A DNA stretch of 64,000 bases from Candidatus Latescibacterota bacterium (GCA_965219995.1 CBDCOX010000002.1:4448001-4512000), one strand, 5' to 3'. Counted from the first letter of the stretch, positions 39,488 to 49,604 are shown. The notes: a model not told the origin generated them from the sequence alone. Program-made: numbers and translations.

Positions 39488-42400
39488 TCAAAACACGTAC
39501 CGGATGCCGACCTGGACTTCGCGCGGATCGCCGAGTCCGGACTGGACGGTGCCGTCGAAGTTGAACAGAAGGCCGGCAGTGGAGGGGTCGCGGTAGTTGT
39601 CCGTATTGAGCAGGTTGAAGACCTCGACAATGGCCTCAATCGTGCCGTTGCCCAATGGAATGGGGCGCGTGAGGCGCATGTCCCACGAGAAGAACCCGCG
39701 GTCCTTGCGCAAGGTGTTGCGCTGGACGATGCCGCCGTCGGCGCAGACGCGGTCCGAAGTGGGCCCCCATGGGTTCGTCGAGGGACGGCTGGATGCCCGA
39801 TTGTTGTCGCCGCAGGCGGCAGAGACCGGCTGCGGCGAATAGAAGCTCACACGGTTGTTCATATAGACGTCGCCGGGCAGGATAGCCAGCGCCCAGGCGT
39901 TGAAGCGGTGGCGCTGGTCGCGGTCCGAAAACCCCCATTCGCGGTCCAGCCGGGTGGGATCCACGTAGCGGAAGGTGAACGGGTCGCGCTCGTTATCGTC
40001 ATCGGATTTGTCCCAGGACAGCGTGTAGTTGATTTGGAACTGAAGCTGTTCGTGCATGGTCCGCCGCAGCCCCAGGCTGAGGCCGTTGTAGCGCGATTTC
40101 GCGGAGCTCTCGGCCGTGATCAGGTTGCCGATGCCGTTGCCGCCGTCCGGGCCCAGTCCGGTCGACCACGGAGAACCGAACGCGGCGTCGTTGCGATTCA
40201 CGAAACGCGTGAGATTGTCGGTACGTGCGTAGGTATAATCGACGGAACCCACAAGTCCCGATGCCTGAAACTCATGCTCGATACCCGCGTTCAGGCTGAC
40301 GGTTCGCGGGTTCTGAAAATTCTCGTCGAAGACGTATATGTTGGGCTGGAACGGGCCTCCTTCGGGCGAGGGCAGCAATTCGCCCCACGTCGGGGGCGGC
40401 CCAAGGATTGGGGTCAGTTCGCTGGACCGGAATAAAGACTGCCCGCGGGAGCCGTTGGTCGAGCGGGTGCTGGCCAGGTTCAGTCCCGGAATGCGGGCGT
40501 AGTAGACCCCTGCGCTGGCGCGCAAGAGGGTACTGTTGTCACCGCGCGCGTCGAAGGCCAGGCCGAGTCGAGGCTGGAGCATATCCAGGTCGGAGGGAAT
40601 CCTTCCGTTGGACGGGAACCTGTGTGCCTCCGCCCCGTTGCTTACGGTCTTCCCGATGAAACCGGCGAAGAATACATCGGATGGATCTGTGATCGGGTCG
40701 GGCTGAATCTGCGCCTCCCAGCGCAATCCGTAGTTGACCGTCAGTCTGCCGGACGCCTGCCAACTGTCCTGCACGAACAGGGCCAGTTCGTGCTGCGGGA
40801 TGCTCTGGGTGCCGGCGTCTTCCACGGACAACGCGCCGACGCCTGCCTGCTCCAGGTAGAACAGCACCGGTCCCGTGATTCGCGCGCCCGCCGCGCAAAC
40901 GCCCTCGGTGCTGACGCTTCCATCCGAACATTCGACGTAGCGGTTGCCCTTTTCCACGAAGTTGAGAAACCCGTCCACCGAGTCGAAAATGAACCGTCCA
41001 TTGGCGAAGCCGATAAAGGTCTGCACAGACTCGACGCGATTCCACTCCACGCCGGCCTTGAACAGGTGGCCGCCCCTGGCGAGCGAGACATTGTTGAGCA
41101 ACTGGACGCGGGTGTCGTAGTATTCCGTCGGTATGAAGAAGGGCATGCCGAGGCGATAGCCGTTCCTGAAGTCCATGCCGGTATCCGGGAAAGGGCGGCC
41201 TGTATCGGGATTGATCGGTCCCGCATAGGGACGAGGACGGTCCTCGCGGGAGATCTGGAACCGGAACTCATTGACGGTGGTTGGCGAGAGAAGCGATACG
41301 AGGCTGCCGTTGAACGCATGTGACCAGTCTCTTTCAATCGCGTTGGCGCTGCGCGCCCATGAATCCACGTCAAAAGTCCCGTTTTCCTGTTCCGACCACG
41401 TGTAGTTGTACTTGAAAGTTGCGGAGTGGTCTTTCGAGAGGTGGAGGTCCACCTTGGCCAGGAACGCGCGGGCGTCGTTGGTGCGGTCGATGGGTCCGTA
41501 GTCTTCCCGCAGCGCCCCGTTGAACGCCGTGTCCATAAAGGTCCGCAAGCTGGGGTCCATGCGCCCCGCGTCGCTCTGCCGGGTGTCTCTCAACACCTGC
41601 TGGTCGTACGCGGCGAAGAAGAACGCCTTGTCACGCTTCAGCGGTCCGCCGAGCGTGAAGCCGAACTGCCCCTGCCTGAAGCTGGGCCGGCGCTCGGCGC
41701 CGTTGTGCCTCGCGGTCTCCGACAACGCGTCGTGCTTGCCGAAAAAATGCGCCGATCCGCTGATTCTGTTCGTGCCCGACTTCGTGATGACGTTCACGAA
41801 TCCTCCGCCGGAGCGCCCGAATTCCGCGTTTGCGCCCTGCGGAACCACAACGATTTCCGCAACGGCGTCCAGATTGAAGGTGAAAGCGGGGCGCTGACCC
41901 CCGCGCTGCTCGCCGAAGAACGGGTTGTTGAAATCCGCGCCGTCCACCGAGATGTTGTTGTGGATGCCGCGCTGGCCGGCAATGGTCAGTTCGTCGCCGT
42001 CCGGACCCTGGACGATACTCACGCCCGGGGTCAGAAGCGTGAGGTTGAGAAAATTACGGCCGTTGTTGGGCAGGTCCTGCACTGCCTTCTCCGGCAGGCG
42101 CGTGGCCGTCTCCGTTCGGGTGACGTCGACCGCGGGCCTCCTTGCCACAACCACGAACTCCTCCATCTCGATAATCATCTTGATGATCAGTTCAACCGTC
42201 TCTCCAACCCGGACTTGCACACCGGTCTGCCGTGCTTCGGCCCATCCCTCGGCGCGTACCGTGACGTCGTAGAAGCCGAGAGGAAGCAGCGTCGCGGTGA
42301 ACAGTCCCACGTCGGACGTCGCGAGGATTCTCTGGTAATTGGTGCCCGCCTCCCTAAGGATGACGGTGGCGCCTTCGATGGGATTGTCAAACGGGTCGCA

Positions 42401-42499
42401 TACGAGGCCCCGGATAACGCCCGTGGTCGCCTGGGACTGGGCATCCGCCGGGTGGCCCATCAGGCTTATCGACAGCAGAAGGAGGTTAATCGTACGCAT
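39488..42499 (-). CDS. TonB-dependent receptor (Oar-like, N-terminal carboxypeptidase-regulatory domain)
   Basis: Signal peptide, LPNNGRNFLNL, NAEFGRSGGGFVNVITKSGTN, C-terminal PREVQVGIRYVF. Start uncertain. Confidence 0.9.
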   Translation of the reverse strand: MRTINLLLLSISLMGHPADAQSQATTGVIRGLVCDPFDNPIEGATVILREAGTNYQRILATSDVGLFTATLLPLGFYDVTVRAEGWAEARQTGVQVRVGETVELIIKMIIEMEEFVVVARRPAVDVTRTETATRLPEKAVQDLPNNGRNFLNLTLLTPGVSIVQGPDGDELTIAGQRGIHNNISVDGADFNNPFFGEQRGGQRPAFTFNLDAVAEIVVVPQGANAEFGRSGGGFVNVITKSGTNRISGSAHFFGKHDALSETARHNGAERRPSFRQGQFGFTLGGPLKRDKAFFFAAYDQQVLRDTRQSDAGRMDPSLRTFMDTAFNGALREDYGPIDRTNDARAFLAKVDLHLSKDHSATFKYNYTWSEQENGTFDVDSWARSANAIERDWSHAFNGSLVSLLSPTTVNEFRFQISREDRPRPYAGPINPDTGRPFPDTGMDFRNGYRLGMPFFIPTEYYDTRVQLLNNVSLARGGHLFKAGVEWNRVESVQTFIGFANGRFIFDSVDGFLNFVEKGNRYVECSDGSVSTEGVCAAGARITGPVLFYLEQAGVGALSVEDAGTQSIPQHELALFVQDSWQASGRLTVNYGLRWEAQIQPDPITDPSDVFFAGFIGKTVSNGAEAHRFPSNGRIPSDLDMLQPRLGLAFDARGDNSTLLRASAGVYYARIPGLNLASTRSTNGSRGQSLFRSSELTPILGPPPTWGELLPSPEGGPFQPNIYVFDENFQNPRTVSLNAGIEHEFQASGLVGSVDYTYARTDNLTRFVNRNDAAFGSPWSTGLGPDGGNGIGNLITAESSAKSRYNGLSLGLRRTMHEQLQFQINYTLSWDKSDDDNERDPFTFRYVDPTRLDREWGFSDRDQRHRFNAWALAILPGDVYMNNRVSFYSPQPVSAACGDNNRASSRPSTNPWGPTSDRVCADGGIVQRNTLRKDRGFFSWDMRLTRPIPLGNGTIEAIVEVFNLLNTDNYRDPSTAGLLFNFDGTVQSGLGDPREVQVGIRYVF

Positions 42500-42657
42500 C
42501 AGCGATCGCGGTGGCCGGAGTGCCGGAGCTCGGTCAATGTTGAATTGATTCACCGCCGTTGCTCGTTTTCTCGCGTCTATATCGTGCTTTTTGGTTTTTG
42601 TACTGTCCATTCTCTGCATCCATGTAAATTGTCGTATTTTCAATTCAGTTGGCCAAC

Positions 42658-42681
42658 AAAAAAAGCGACCCGTAAGTCGCC
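42658..42681 (-). terminator. Rho-independent terminator after the ferredoxin gene
   Basis: GCGAC-TTACGG-GTCGC followed by a T-run on the minus strand. Confidence 0.7.
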
Positions 42682-42714
42682 ATGGTTCACATCACTCAGC
42701 CATCTGCGCCGCGG

Positions 42715-43227
42715 TCATGCCGCCGAGCCCGGCCGGCGCAACTCGACCCGGCCGTGTTCGAGAAGGGTGACCACCCTGGCCTCCGAACACTGCATCTGCG
42801 CGGCGACCTGCGCGACGGTCTTTCCTTCGTCCCGGTAGAGGCGCACGGCTTCGTCCCGGTCGAGTCCAGGTACGTATCCCTTTTTGCCCTTCAACCCGGC
42901 GTGTTTGGTCACCTGGATATCTCCGGTCACGTCTACCTGGCAAGCGAGGCGCAGGTTCCCCTTCAGCAGCAGAAAGCGAAGGTTCTCCCTGGCGCCCTTG
43001 ACGCTTAGGCCGTCCTGCGGGATGACCTCGACCGTGCAGGTGCCGCACAGCCCGTTGCCTTCGCAGTTCACGAACCGGGTGATTCCGTTATAGAGATTGA
43101 TGTCGTTGTCTATTGCCAGTTGCCGGAGGTTGGTGTGCGGTTTGCACTCGACCGTCTTGTCCCAGTTGGTGAACGTAACCTTGCAGACCTTTTTTCGCTC
43201 CGGCAGGCTGCCAATGAAGGTGGACAT
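42715..43227 (-). CDS. 2Fe-2S ferredoxin fused to a C-terminal HTH
   Basis: NCEGNGLCGTC...RLACQ; then AVRLYRDEGKTVAQVAAQMQCSEARVVTLL. Confidence 0.8.
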   Translation of the reverse strand: MSTFIGSLPERKKVCKVTFTNWDKTVECKPHTNLRQLAIDNDINLYNGITRFVNCEGNGLCGTCTVEVIPQDGLSVKGARENLRFLLLKGNLRLACQVDVTGDIQVTKHAGLKGKKGYVPGLDRDEAVRLYRDEGKTVAQVAAQMQCSEARVVTLLEHGRVELRRPGSAA

Positions 43228-43246
43228 AAAACCTCGATCAAGAAAG

Positions 43247-43288
43247 CCAGCTGTCAGCATTCAGCTCTCAGCCGTCAGCCATCAGCCA
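43247..43288. repeat. Heptamer tandem repeat (TCAGCNN) x6
   Basis: CCAGC/TCAGC at 43247, 43254, 43261, 43268, 43275, 43282; related copies at 48643-48680. Confidence 0.75.
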
Positions 43289-43581
43289 AAAACAAAAATC
43301 GAAAACCAGACAGCGATGTCATTCGGCAAACGTAGGCCCTGTGGGGGCGACCCGCGGGATCGCCCGCGCATTGGATTCCTGCGGCCTACAAGGTATTGAT
43401 TTTGGCCGCAGAACACAAGTGGAAAACGGCGCCGGGAACAATCCCGCCGAATATCGTTTGATGTGTGCGAAACATGGTCGAATTTGGTATATTAGAGTAC
43501 TTCCGACGGGCGGGTTCCTTCCAGGTACATCGCGACTGTCAGCAACGAAGATGCGCGTTTCCTATGGACGAAAGCGAAACC

Positions 43582-44466
43582 ATGTCGACTCCATCAGGCG
43601 AGACGGCCGTGCGCCGTGCCGTCACCTCTCACCCGAGGCTGTTCGAGAATAACCGGTACGTGTATCCCGTACTCTCGCGTCGCTCCGGGGGCGTCTCGGT
43701 CGGTATCAATCTGAACCCCGACAAGATCTGCAACTTCGACTGCATCTATTGCCAGGTCGACCGCACGGTTCCTCCGGTTTTGCGGGACGTGGACGAAGAC
43801 CGGATCATCGATGAACTGGAGGCCCTGCTGGGGGACGTCCTGAGCGGCAGAATCTTCCAGCAACCGGCGTTCTGCGGAATCCCGGACCGTCTCAAGCGGA
43901 TCAACGATATCGCTTTCTCGGGCGACGGCGAGCCCACAACCTATCCCCGGTTCAGGGAGGTCGTCGAAAAAACCGCGGACGTCAAGGGGCGGTTCGGCCT
44001 TGATGACGTCAAAATCACAGCCATCACCAACTGTACCCGTTTTCACGTCCCCGCGGTGCTCGATGCCTTCGAAATCATGCACCGGAACAACGGTGAAATC
44101 TGGGCGAAACTGGAGGCCGGCACGTCCGAGTACTACCACCTGGTGGAACGCACCCGCATCTCCTTCGAGCGGATCATCGAAAACCTCAAACTGGCCGCGC
44201 GAAGATGGCCTCTGGTCATCCAGAGCCTGTTCATGCGCGTTCACGGCGAGCCCCCGCCGGATGACGAGATCCTCGCCTTCTGCAACGTCCTCTCCAACGT
44301 GCTGGACGAGGGCGGTCAACTGAAGAACATCCAGGTCTACACGGTCGCCCGAAAGCCCGCCGAATCGTACGTGACCGCCCTGACCGACGCCGAAGTCGAC
44401 CGCATCGCCGAAATCACCAGACGAATCCTCCCCGGCATTCCCGTCGAGGCCTACTACGGCGCATAA
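43582..44466 (+). CDS. Radical SAM protein, function unknown
   Basis: YVYPVLSRRSGGVSVGINL, CNFDCIYC, FSGDGEPT. Confidence 0.9.
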   Translation: MSTPSGETAVRRAVTSHPRLFENNRYVYPVLSRRSGGVSVGINLNPDKICNFDCIYCQVDRTVPPVLRDVDEDRIIDELEALLGDVLSGRIFQQPAFCGIPDRLKRINDIAFSGDGEPTTYPRFREVVEKTADVKGRFGLDDVKITAITNCTRFHVPAVLDAFEIMHRNNGEIWAKLEAGTSEYYHLVERTRISFERIIENLKLAARRWPLVIQSLFMRVHGEPPPDDEILAFCNVLSNVLDEGGQLKNIQVYTVARKPAESYVTALTDAEVDRIAEITRRILPGIPVEAYYGA

Positions 44467-44572
44467 CCCGCAACTACCTACATGAGATGGACAGGATAGT
44501 AGTGCGTGCTCATTGTCACTTCTATCTTGACGTATCCACATTCCCCGCCCAATACGCACACATATCGCCATC

Positions 44573-44690
44573 CTGAGGCGCTCCCTGAGCCTGCCTGCAT
44601 TGCTTGTGCTGAGCCTGTCGAAGTAAGCTTGTCGAAATGTCGAAGGGTCGGTGTGGGTTAGTCGAAACACGGTCGCTTCGACAAGCTCAG
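44573..44690. repeat. REP-like element cluster (TTCGACAAGCTCAG family)
   Basis: CTGAGCCTGTCGAA at 44609-44622 and TTCGACAAGCTCAG at 44677-44690. Confidence 0.7.
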
Positions 44691-44783
44691 CGTCCACGTT
44701 ACTGCCGGCAGGCCTTAAACGTCATGTCCTATTCTATTGCGTAGTAGTTACAACCAAAGGTCTGGGGACGATGGAGAAAAGAC

Positions 44784-45026
44784 ATGAAAACCCGTCTGCA
44801 GAAATGCGGCGACGAATTGACCGTACGTATTCCCAGACGATTTGCTGATCAGATCGGACTCGAATCCAATTCGCCGGTTGAACTATCGCTCCGCGGCAAA
44901 GAGTTGGTCATCAAGCCGGTCGCGCCGCCCGAGACGGATTTGGACGACCTTCTCGCCGGGGTGACGGAGCGCAACCTGCACGGTGAAGTGGATACCGGAT
45001 CCCCGATGGGCCGTGAAGCCTGGTGA
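44784..45026 (+). CDS. mazE: MazE/AbrB-type antitoxin (orphan)
   Basis: MKTRLQKCGDELTVRIP...LDDLLAGVTERNLHGEVDTGSPMGREAW. Confidence 0.8.
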   Translation: MKTRLQKCGDELTVRIPRRFADQIGLESNSPVELSLRGKELVIKPVAPPETDLDDLLAGVTERNLHGEVDTGSPMGREAW

Positions 45027-45124
45027 TGTAAGTCACTATGTTAACTCCGCTTATGCCGCAGGTGGCCTCCGCTGAGACCGCGCCACTGGTGCTCTCGGGA
45101 ACGGGATCTGGTGAGATTTCAGCC

Positions 45125-45170
45125 TTGACATTGTATCCCAAAGTGTGCATATAATGTGTACACTTTGGGA
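45125..45170 (+). promoter_or_regulatory. TA promoter with palindromic operator
   Basis: TTGACA at 45125 and TATAAT at 45150 (19-nt spacer); perfect 11-bp inverted repeat TCCCAAAGTGT...ACACTTTGGGA (45136-45170). Confidence 0.7.
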
Positions 45171-45179
45171 GGAGGATAT

Positions 45180-45425
45180 ATGAAAGCGTCCATTCTTGAC
45201 TTGAGGCGGAGAATGAAAGACGTCCTGCTCGCGCTCGACCGAAGCGAGGCGGTTACCATTTATTATCGAGGCAAGGAAAAGGCCATCCTGACGCCCAGCC
45301 GGCAGCGGACGCACACTTCCGTATCAGACCATACGGCCTTCGGAATGTGGAAAGACAGGAAAGATATGGCGGACGTCGGTGCGTACGTCCGCAATCTGCG
45401 CAAAGGCCGCCTGGATGATCTTTGA
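45180..45425 (+). CDS. Phd-like antitoxin
   Basis: MKASILDLRRRMKDVL...VTIYYRGK; AFGMWKDR; overlaps vapC. Confidence 0.75.
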   Translation: MKASILDLRRRMKDVLLALDRSEAVTIYYRGKEKAILTPSRQRTHTSVSDHTAFGMWKDRKDMADVGAYVRNLRKGRLDDL

Positions 45426-45792
45426 TACCGATGTTCTGATATGGGTATTCAAGGGTCACGAAGGGGCTGCACGAATTATTGAACGAACCGATGATCGCCG
45501 GATATCGCTCGTCACGTATGCGGAGCTGATCCAGGGTGCGAGAAGCCGCGAGGAATTGAGGGAAATCAAGTACTTCCTCAAAGATCACGCCTTTCAGACC
45601 TTGCCGCTCACTGAAAACATCGGACACAGAGCTTCCGTGTATATGGAAGAATATACCCTCAAGACCGCTCTCTCACTGGCTGATGCACTCATCGCCGCAA
45701 CCGCAGTCGAAAACCATCTGACGCTCTGTACGGCGAACAGAAAACACTATCGAGTCATCAACGAGCTCAATCTGAAATCCTTTCGGGCATGA
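45415..45792 (+). CDS. vapC: VapC PIN-domain toxin
   Basis: MIFDTDVLI, TYAEL, LADALIAATA, TANRKHY. Confidence 0.9.
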   Translation: MIFDTDVLIWVFKGHEGAARIIERTDDRRISLVTYAELIQGARSREELREIKYFLKDHAFQTLPLTENIGHRASVYMEEYTLKTALSLADALIAATAVENHLTLCTANRKHYRVINELNLKSFRA

Positions 45793-45891
45793 AATAGGAG
45801 AGACGTTAAGACATCGGGGATCTCACGCCAGGGAGCACGAAACCTCGCGCCGATCCTCCCATCTCGACAGTTCGACTCGAAGACAGCCAAG

Positions 45892-45928
45892 AAGCCCAAC
45901 GGTCATAGCGAAACCGTTGGGCTTTTTC
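45892..45928 (+). terminator. Rho-independent terminator
   Basis: AAGCCCAACGG...CCGTTGGGCTT followed by T residues. Confidence 0.7.
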
Positions 45929-46080
45929 TCGTCAACTTGCCAATTCTGTAGACCCTGCCGACCGGGTCACCCTCACACGTTCCACCATTAGCGCGACTGG
46001 ACGTATCGGAGTTTTTTGGCCTTCCATTTGTAGGAATCGCCGGGGATTGGAACGGCTACAGCGACGTCGCCTCCGTCCTG

Positions 46081-46619
46081 CGTGATTGCGGGCACTTCGA
46101 CAAGCTCAGTGACCACGCATAGTATTCGCCGTTGAATGGTTTTTCCCAAATTGCTAACGCAAGTAGCACAAGCAATGACTGCACCTTGCTACCGTTGGGT
46201 GGCTCTTGAAAACCCTTCACCGACCCTTCGACTCTTCGACAGGCTCAGGGCACCGCAAGCTCCGGGAGCGGCTCAGGACCCCCCTCCGGCGCGGCTGCGG
46301 GCTGGCGCCCTTGCCTTGCCGACTCCCCCTCAAGGGGGGAGTGATGGGGAGGTGGCGGCGTGGCGTCAGCTCGCGCAAACTGACAGTTTGAGTTACGGAA
46401 AAACGCGGGTAACGCTCAGGGAGCGCTTGCGAAAACGAGCGAGTCGAAGCGCGGGCATTTCGAGCATTTGCAGGCTCAAGGCGCCGGCTCACGCCCCCCT
46501 ACCGGCACGATTGCGGGCACTTCGACAAGCTCAGTGACCACGCATTGTTTTTGCCGTTGACAGGTTTTCTCGAAATTCCCAACACAAACAGCGCGAGCAC
46601 CGACCGCGCTTGGCCTACC
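46081..46619. repeat. Composite intergenic repeat: two ~110-bp imperfect direct repeats enclosing REP-like palindromes
   Basis: GATTGCGGGCACTTCGACAAGCTCAGTGACCACGCAT at about 46084 and 46509; inner ACTCCCCCTCAAGGGGGGAGT hairpin at about 46322. Confidence 0.75.
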
Positions 46620-46647
46620 TTTCGCCAGGCTTGGAGAAAATGCTCGG

Positions 46648-47430
46648 CTACGGCCAGACCTGGGGGAAGTGTTCCCCCTCCATCAGCGCGCCGTCGGGGA
46701 CCTCAACGAAGGGTTTCATGACGTGCTGTCCGGAGGCCACGTAACGGGTTTCGTCGGTCATATAGTGGATGGCGATGGCGCGGCGGGGGCGGTGGCTCGT
46801 GTTGGCGTGCGACCCGTGCCAGGTCAGCGCGTGGTGGTAGTGCACCTCGCCCTTCCTGACAGGACACCTGACGATTTCCACGCGGCGCCCGTTCCATTCC
46901 CCCGGCATGTCCTCGTAGTTCTCAACCGACCGGATGAAATCGATCTGGTTTCCCCACTTGTGGGAACCGGGGACCATACTCATGCACCCGTTTTCCTCGT
47001 CCACGTCGTCCAGCGCCACCCAGGCGCTCACCTCCGTCATCGGTTCGATAATCGGCCACAGGGGCGCATCCTGGTGCCACATGGTGACGCCGCCCCGCTC
47101 CGCGGGCTTGTACTGGATCTGATCGTGCCACACCCGCAACCGCCTGGCGCGGGTCAGCTGCGCCACGTCTTCCACGATCCTGCGCATCCCGATCAGTTCC
47201 CGAAACGGCTCGCTCGCGGCCCAGATATTGACGATCTGCCAGACCGGCGTCTCCGGATTGCGGTTCAGGTTCCGAAGGTGGACCGGCTGCGGCACGTCCG
47301 TGCGGTCCCTTTCCGCGATGACCCGGTCCAGTTCACGTCGCAGCGTGTCGACCCGGTCGCCGTTCAGGAGCCGGCCTCCGTTCAGGAAGCCGCGCTTGTG
47401 AAACTCGGCGGTCTGCTCGTCCGTCAGCAT
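46648..47430 (-). CDS. PhyH family dioxygenase
   Basis: WHQD, SAWVALDD, NGCMSMVPGSH, YHHALTWHGS. Confidence 0.9.
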   Translation of the reverse strand: MLTDEQTAEFHKRGFLNGGRLLNGDRVDTLRRELDRVIAERDRTDVPQPVHLRNLNRNPETPVWQIVNIWAASEPFRELIGMRRIVEDVAQLTRARRLRVWHDQIQYKPAERGGVTMWHQDAPLWPIIEPMTEVSAWVALDDVDEENGCMSMVPGSHKWGNQIDFIRSVENYEDMPGEWNGRRVEIVRCPVRKGEVHYHHALTWHGSHANTSHRPRRAIAIHYMTDETRYVASGQHVMKPFVEVPDGALMEGEHFPQVWP

Positions 47431-47471
47431 CGTCAATCCCCCATCGATGTCGGAAGTCACGTGAGTCCCCG

Positions 47472-48284
47472 CTACGGTGTGCCCGCAAGTACGGGGTGAA
47501 GCGGGTGTTCCCACGGCCCTCCCTGCGCCATCTCGTCGCCGGCACCGGCCGCTTCCTTTCCTCCGGTGAACCGGACGAAGTCGGGAATATAGATGATCGC
47601 AAAAGCCCGGCGCGGCCGATCGGTCAGGTTGGGGCCCGCGTGATGAAAGTTACATCCGTGATGAAAGGTCACCCCGCCCGCCGGCATCTCCATCGCGACG
47701 GGTTCGGCCACTTCATGTCCCTTTTGCGCCATCCTGTCCACGATGCTTTCACCCGCAACCCCGAGCGCGATCGGCTCCTGCGGGCCCAGTTTATGCGAGC
47801 CCGGCACAAAATGCAGACATCCGTTCTCGACGGTCACGTCGTCCACCGCCACCCAGGCCGACAGCGCGCCGTCCGGCTCCATGGGCCAGTAGGGCATATC
47901 CTGGTGCCAGTTGGTCGCGCGGCTGCCGGCACCGCCGGGTTTGACCATGGCGTGATCGTGGTAGATCCGTACGTGGCGGCAGGCGGTCAGCCGCCTCGCG
48001 GTTTCGGCCAGGGCGTGGTTGAACGAGTAGGCCCTTACATCCGGAAAGTCTGTCCAGAGGTTTACCATCTGGTTGAAGACCTGCTCGTACGCCTCGGACG
48101 TCCGGCCGCCGCCCGGCGCGCCGACAATGCGCTCCCTGTTGGTCTCGACGGCTCTGTCGATGGCTTCTCCGAGCGCGGCAATCTCGTCCCGTGAGAAGAA
48201 CTCCGGATACCTGATGAAACCGTTTTCCTGATAAAACGCCACGTCGTCCGGTGTCGCCGGGCACTGTTTATCCTCAACCGACAT
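47472..48284 (-). CDS. PhyH family dioxygenase
   Basis: WHQD, NGCLHFVPGSH, FHHGCNFH. Confidence 0.9.
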   Translation of the reverse strand: MSVEDKQCPATPDDVAFYQENGFIRYPEFFSRDEIAALGEAIDRAVETNRERIVGAPGGGRTSEAYEQVFNQMVNLWTDFPDVRAYSFNHALAETARRLTACRHVRIYHDHAMVKPGGAGSRATNWHQDMPYWPMEPDGALSAWVAVDDVTVENGCLHFVPGSHKLGPQEPIALGVAGESIVDRMAQKGHEVAEPVAMEMPAGGVTFHHGCNFHHAGPNLTDRPRRAFAIIYIPDFVRFTGGKEAAGAGDEMAQGGPWEHPLHPVLAGTP

Positions 48285-48434
48285 TCCTTTCTCCCCGATG
48301 GCATACCGCGTTCAGCCTCGTACCAAAAAACCGCCGGTATTCGATGCACCAAGTTACACATTGCGAGCATCGGTACCAACGGTTTTTTTTGGAATTTCAG
48401 GTGACGAAAGCCGGAGGATACGCGGCCGGTTCCG

Positions 48435-48620
48435 CTAGTATGCGATTCGATGTCTATCGCGGACGATCAATCGGTAGCCGACGTAGATCAGCAACAGCGG
48501 AACGGCGAGCTTGATCGCGAACCAGATCAGGCCCAGCGCGATTCCGATGAGTCCTCCCAGAAGAAACAGCGCCACCAGTCCGCCGGCAGCCAGCATGCAA
48601 AAACCCAGGAATTTCGCCAT
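48435..48620 (-). CDS. Small two-helix membrane protein downstream of pspA (LiaI-like)
   Basis: Hydrophobic 61-aa ORF with GGAGG RBS; co-oriented with pspA. Confidence 0.7.
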   Translation of the reverse strand: MAKFLGFCMLAAGGLVALFLLGGLIGIALGLIWFAIKLAVPLLLIYVGYRLIVRDRHRIAY

Positions 48621-48840
48621 CGTCGATTCCTCCACGAGAAATGGCTATCAGCCATCAAGAACAGCTATCAGCAGTCAGCCAAGAGCGCCCCCCCTGCCCC
48701 TGGGTAGACGTAAGACGTGAGACGTGAGAGATTGTCCGCCCTGTGTCGTTTCATCTCTTGCCGGAGGCGTTCAGGAAGAATCATTCGGGCATAGACGTCA
48801 TCTCCCGTCTCACGTCTCCCCTCTCCCCATCATAATGCAG

Positions 48841-49515
48841 TCAACTGTCATCAGCCAGCTTCTGTTTCATCGACTTCAGCTGCGCCTCGATACGCTGCTT
48901 GCGCGCCAACTTCTCGCAACGGTCTTCGAGGTCCGGGTCTTCGCCGGAAATCTGCTCATAGACCTCTGCCGCCGCTTCCTCGTGGTCGACCCGCCGGCAG
49001 AGCGCGTCGAACCGCTCGAACGCCTCTTCGCGAATCCGAACGGAGGCGTCGGCGGCTGGGGCGTATCCTCCCGCCGCGCGGCTTCTGACCACAAGGTTCC
49101 GCTGGCGCGTCCTGGCCTCCCGGAGACGGCGTTTCAGACGTGCGCATTGCCGCTCGAGCTGCCCGGTCGCATTCCCGGCCTCGGCCAGCGCCGTCTCAAG
49201 CTCGGCGGCCTCCGCCTCCACCTCGGCCTTCCGCTCCAGCGCGAGGCGGGCGAGGTCGTCGTCGCCCTGCGAAACGGACCGTTCGGCCGTCCGGTCCCAG
49301 GCCGCCGCATCCGCCTGCCGCGACTTCAGCCTTCGTTCGAGGAGCCGCTGGCCGGCCATGGCATCCGCCACGGCGGCCACGGCGTCGTTAACGGCGTTCT
49401 CCATTTCCGTCAACATCAGTCGCGACATCTTTTCCGGGTCCTCCATCCGGTTCAGCAGATCGTCCACGTCCGCTCGGATGATATTGGCGATCCGCGTCAA
49501 TGTCCCCGCGGCCAT
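48841..49515 (-). CDS. pspA: PspA/IM30 family protein
   Basis: RIANIIRA..DLLNRMEDPEKM, GDDDLARLALERK, coiled coil. Confidence 0.9.
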   Translation of the reverse strand: MAAGTLTRIANIIRADVDDLLNRMEDPEKMSRLMLTEMENAVNDAVAAVADAMAGQRLLERRLKSRQADAAAWDRTAERSVSQGDDDLARLALERKAEVEAEAAELETALAEAGNATGQLERQCARLKRRLREARTRQRNLVVRSRAAGGYAPAADASVRIREEAFERFDALCRRVDHEEAAAEVYEQISGEDPDLEDRCEKLARKQRIEAQLKSMKQKLADDS

Positions 49516-49588
49516 GTCAGTCTCCTTTCACAAGTGGGTGAACTTTCGACTGCGACGGATGGTCTTGTTCCATCCTTCCCCCTGTGAA

Positions 49589-49604
49589 TACAAATGCCGT
49601 GCCA
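49589..49604 (-). promoter_or_regulatory. Sigma54 (-24/-12) promoter of pspA
   Basis: TGGCAC-GGCAT-TTGTA on the minus strand; AT-rich tract (49610-49655) upstream. Confidence 0.8.

Noticed and set aside
46081-46619. CRISPR array
   Set aside because: Only two long repeats about 425 bp apart, no regular repeat-spacer period, and no cas genes.
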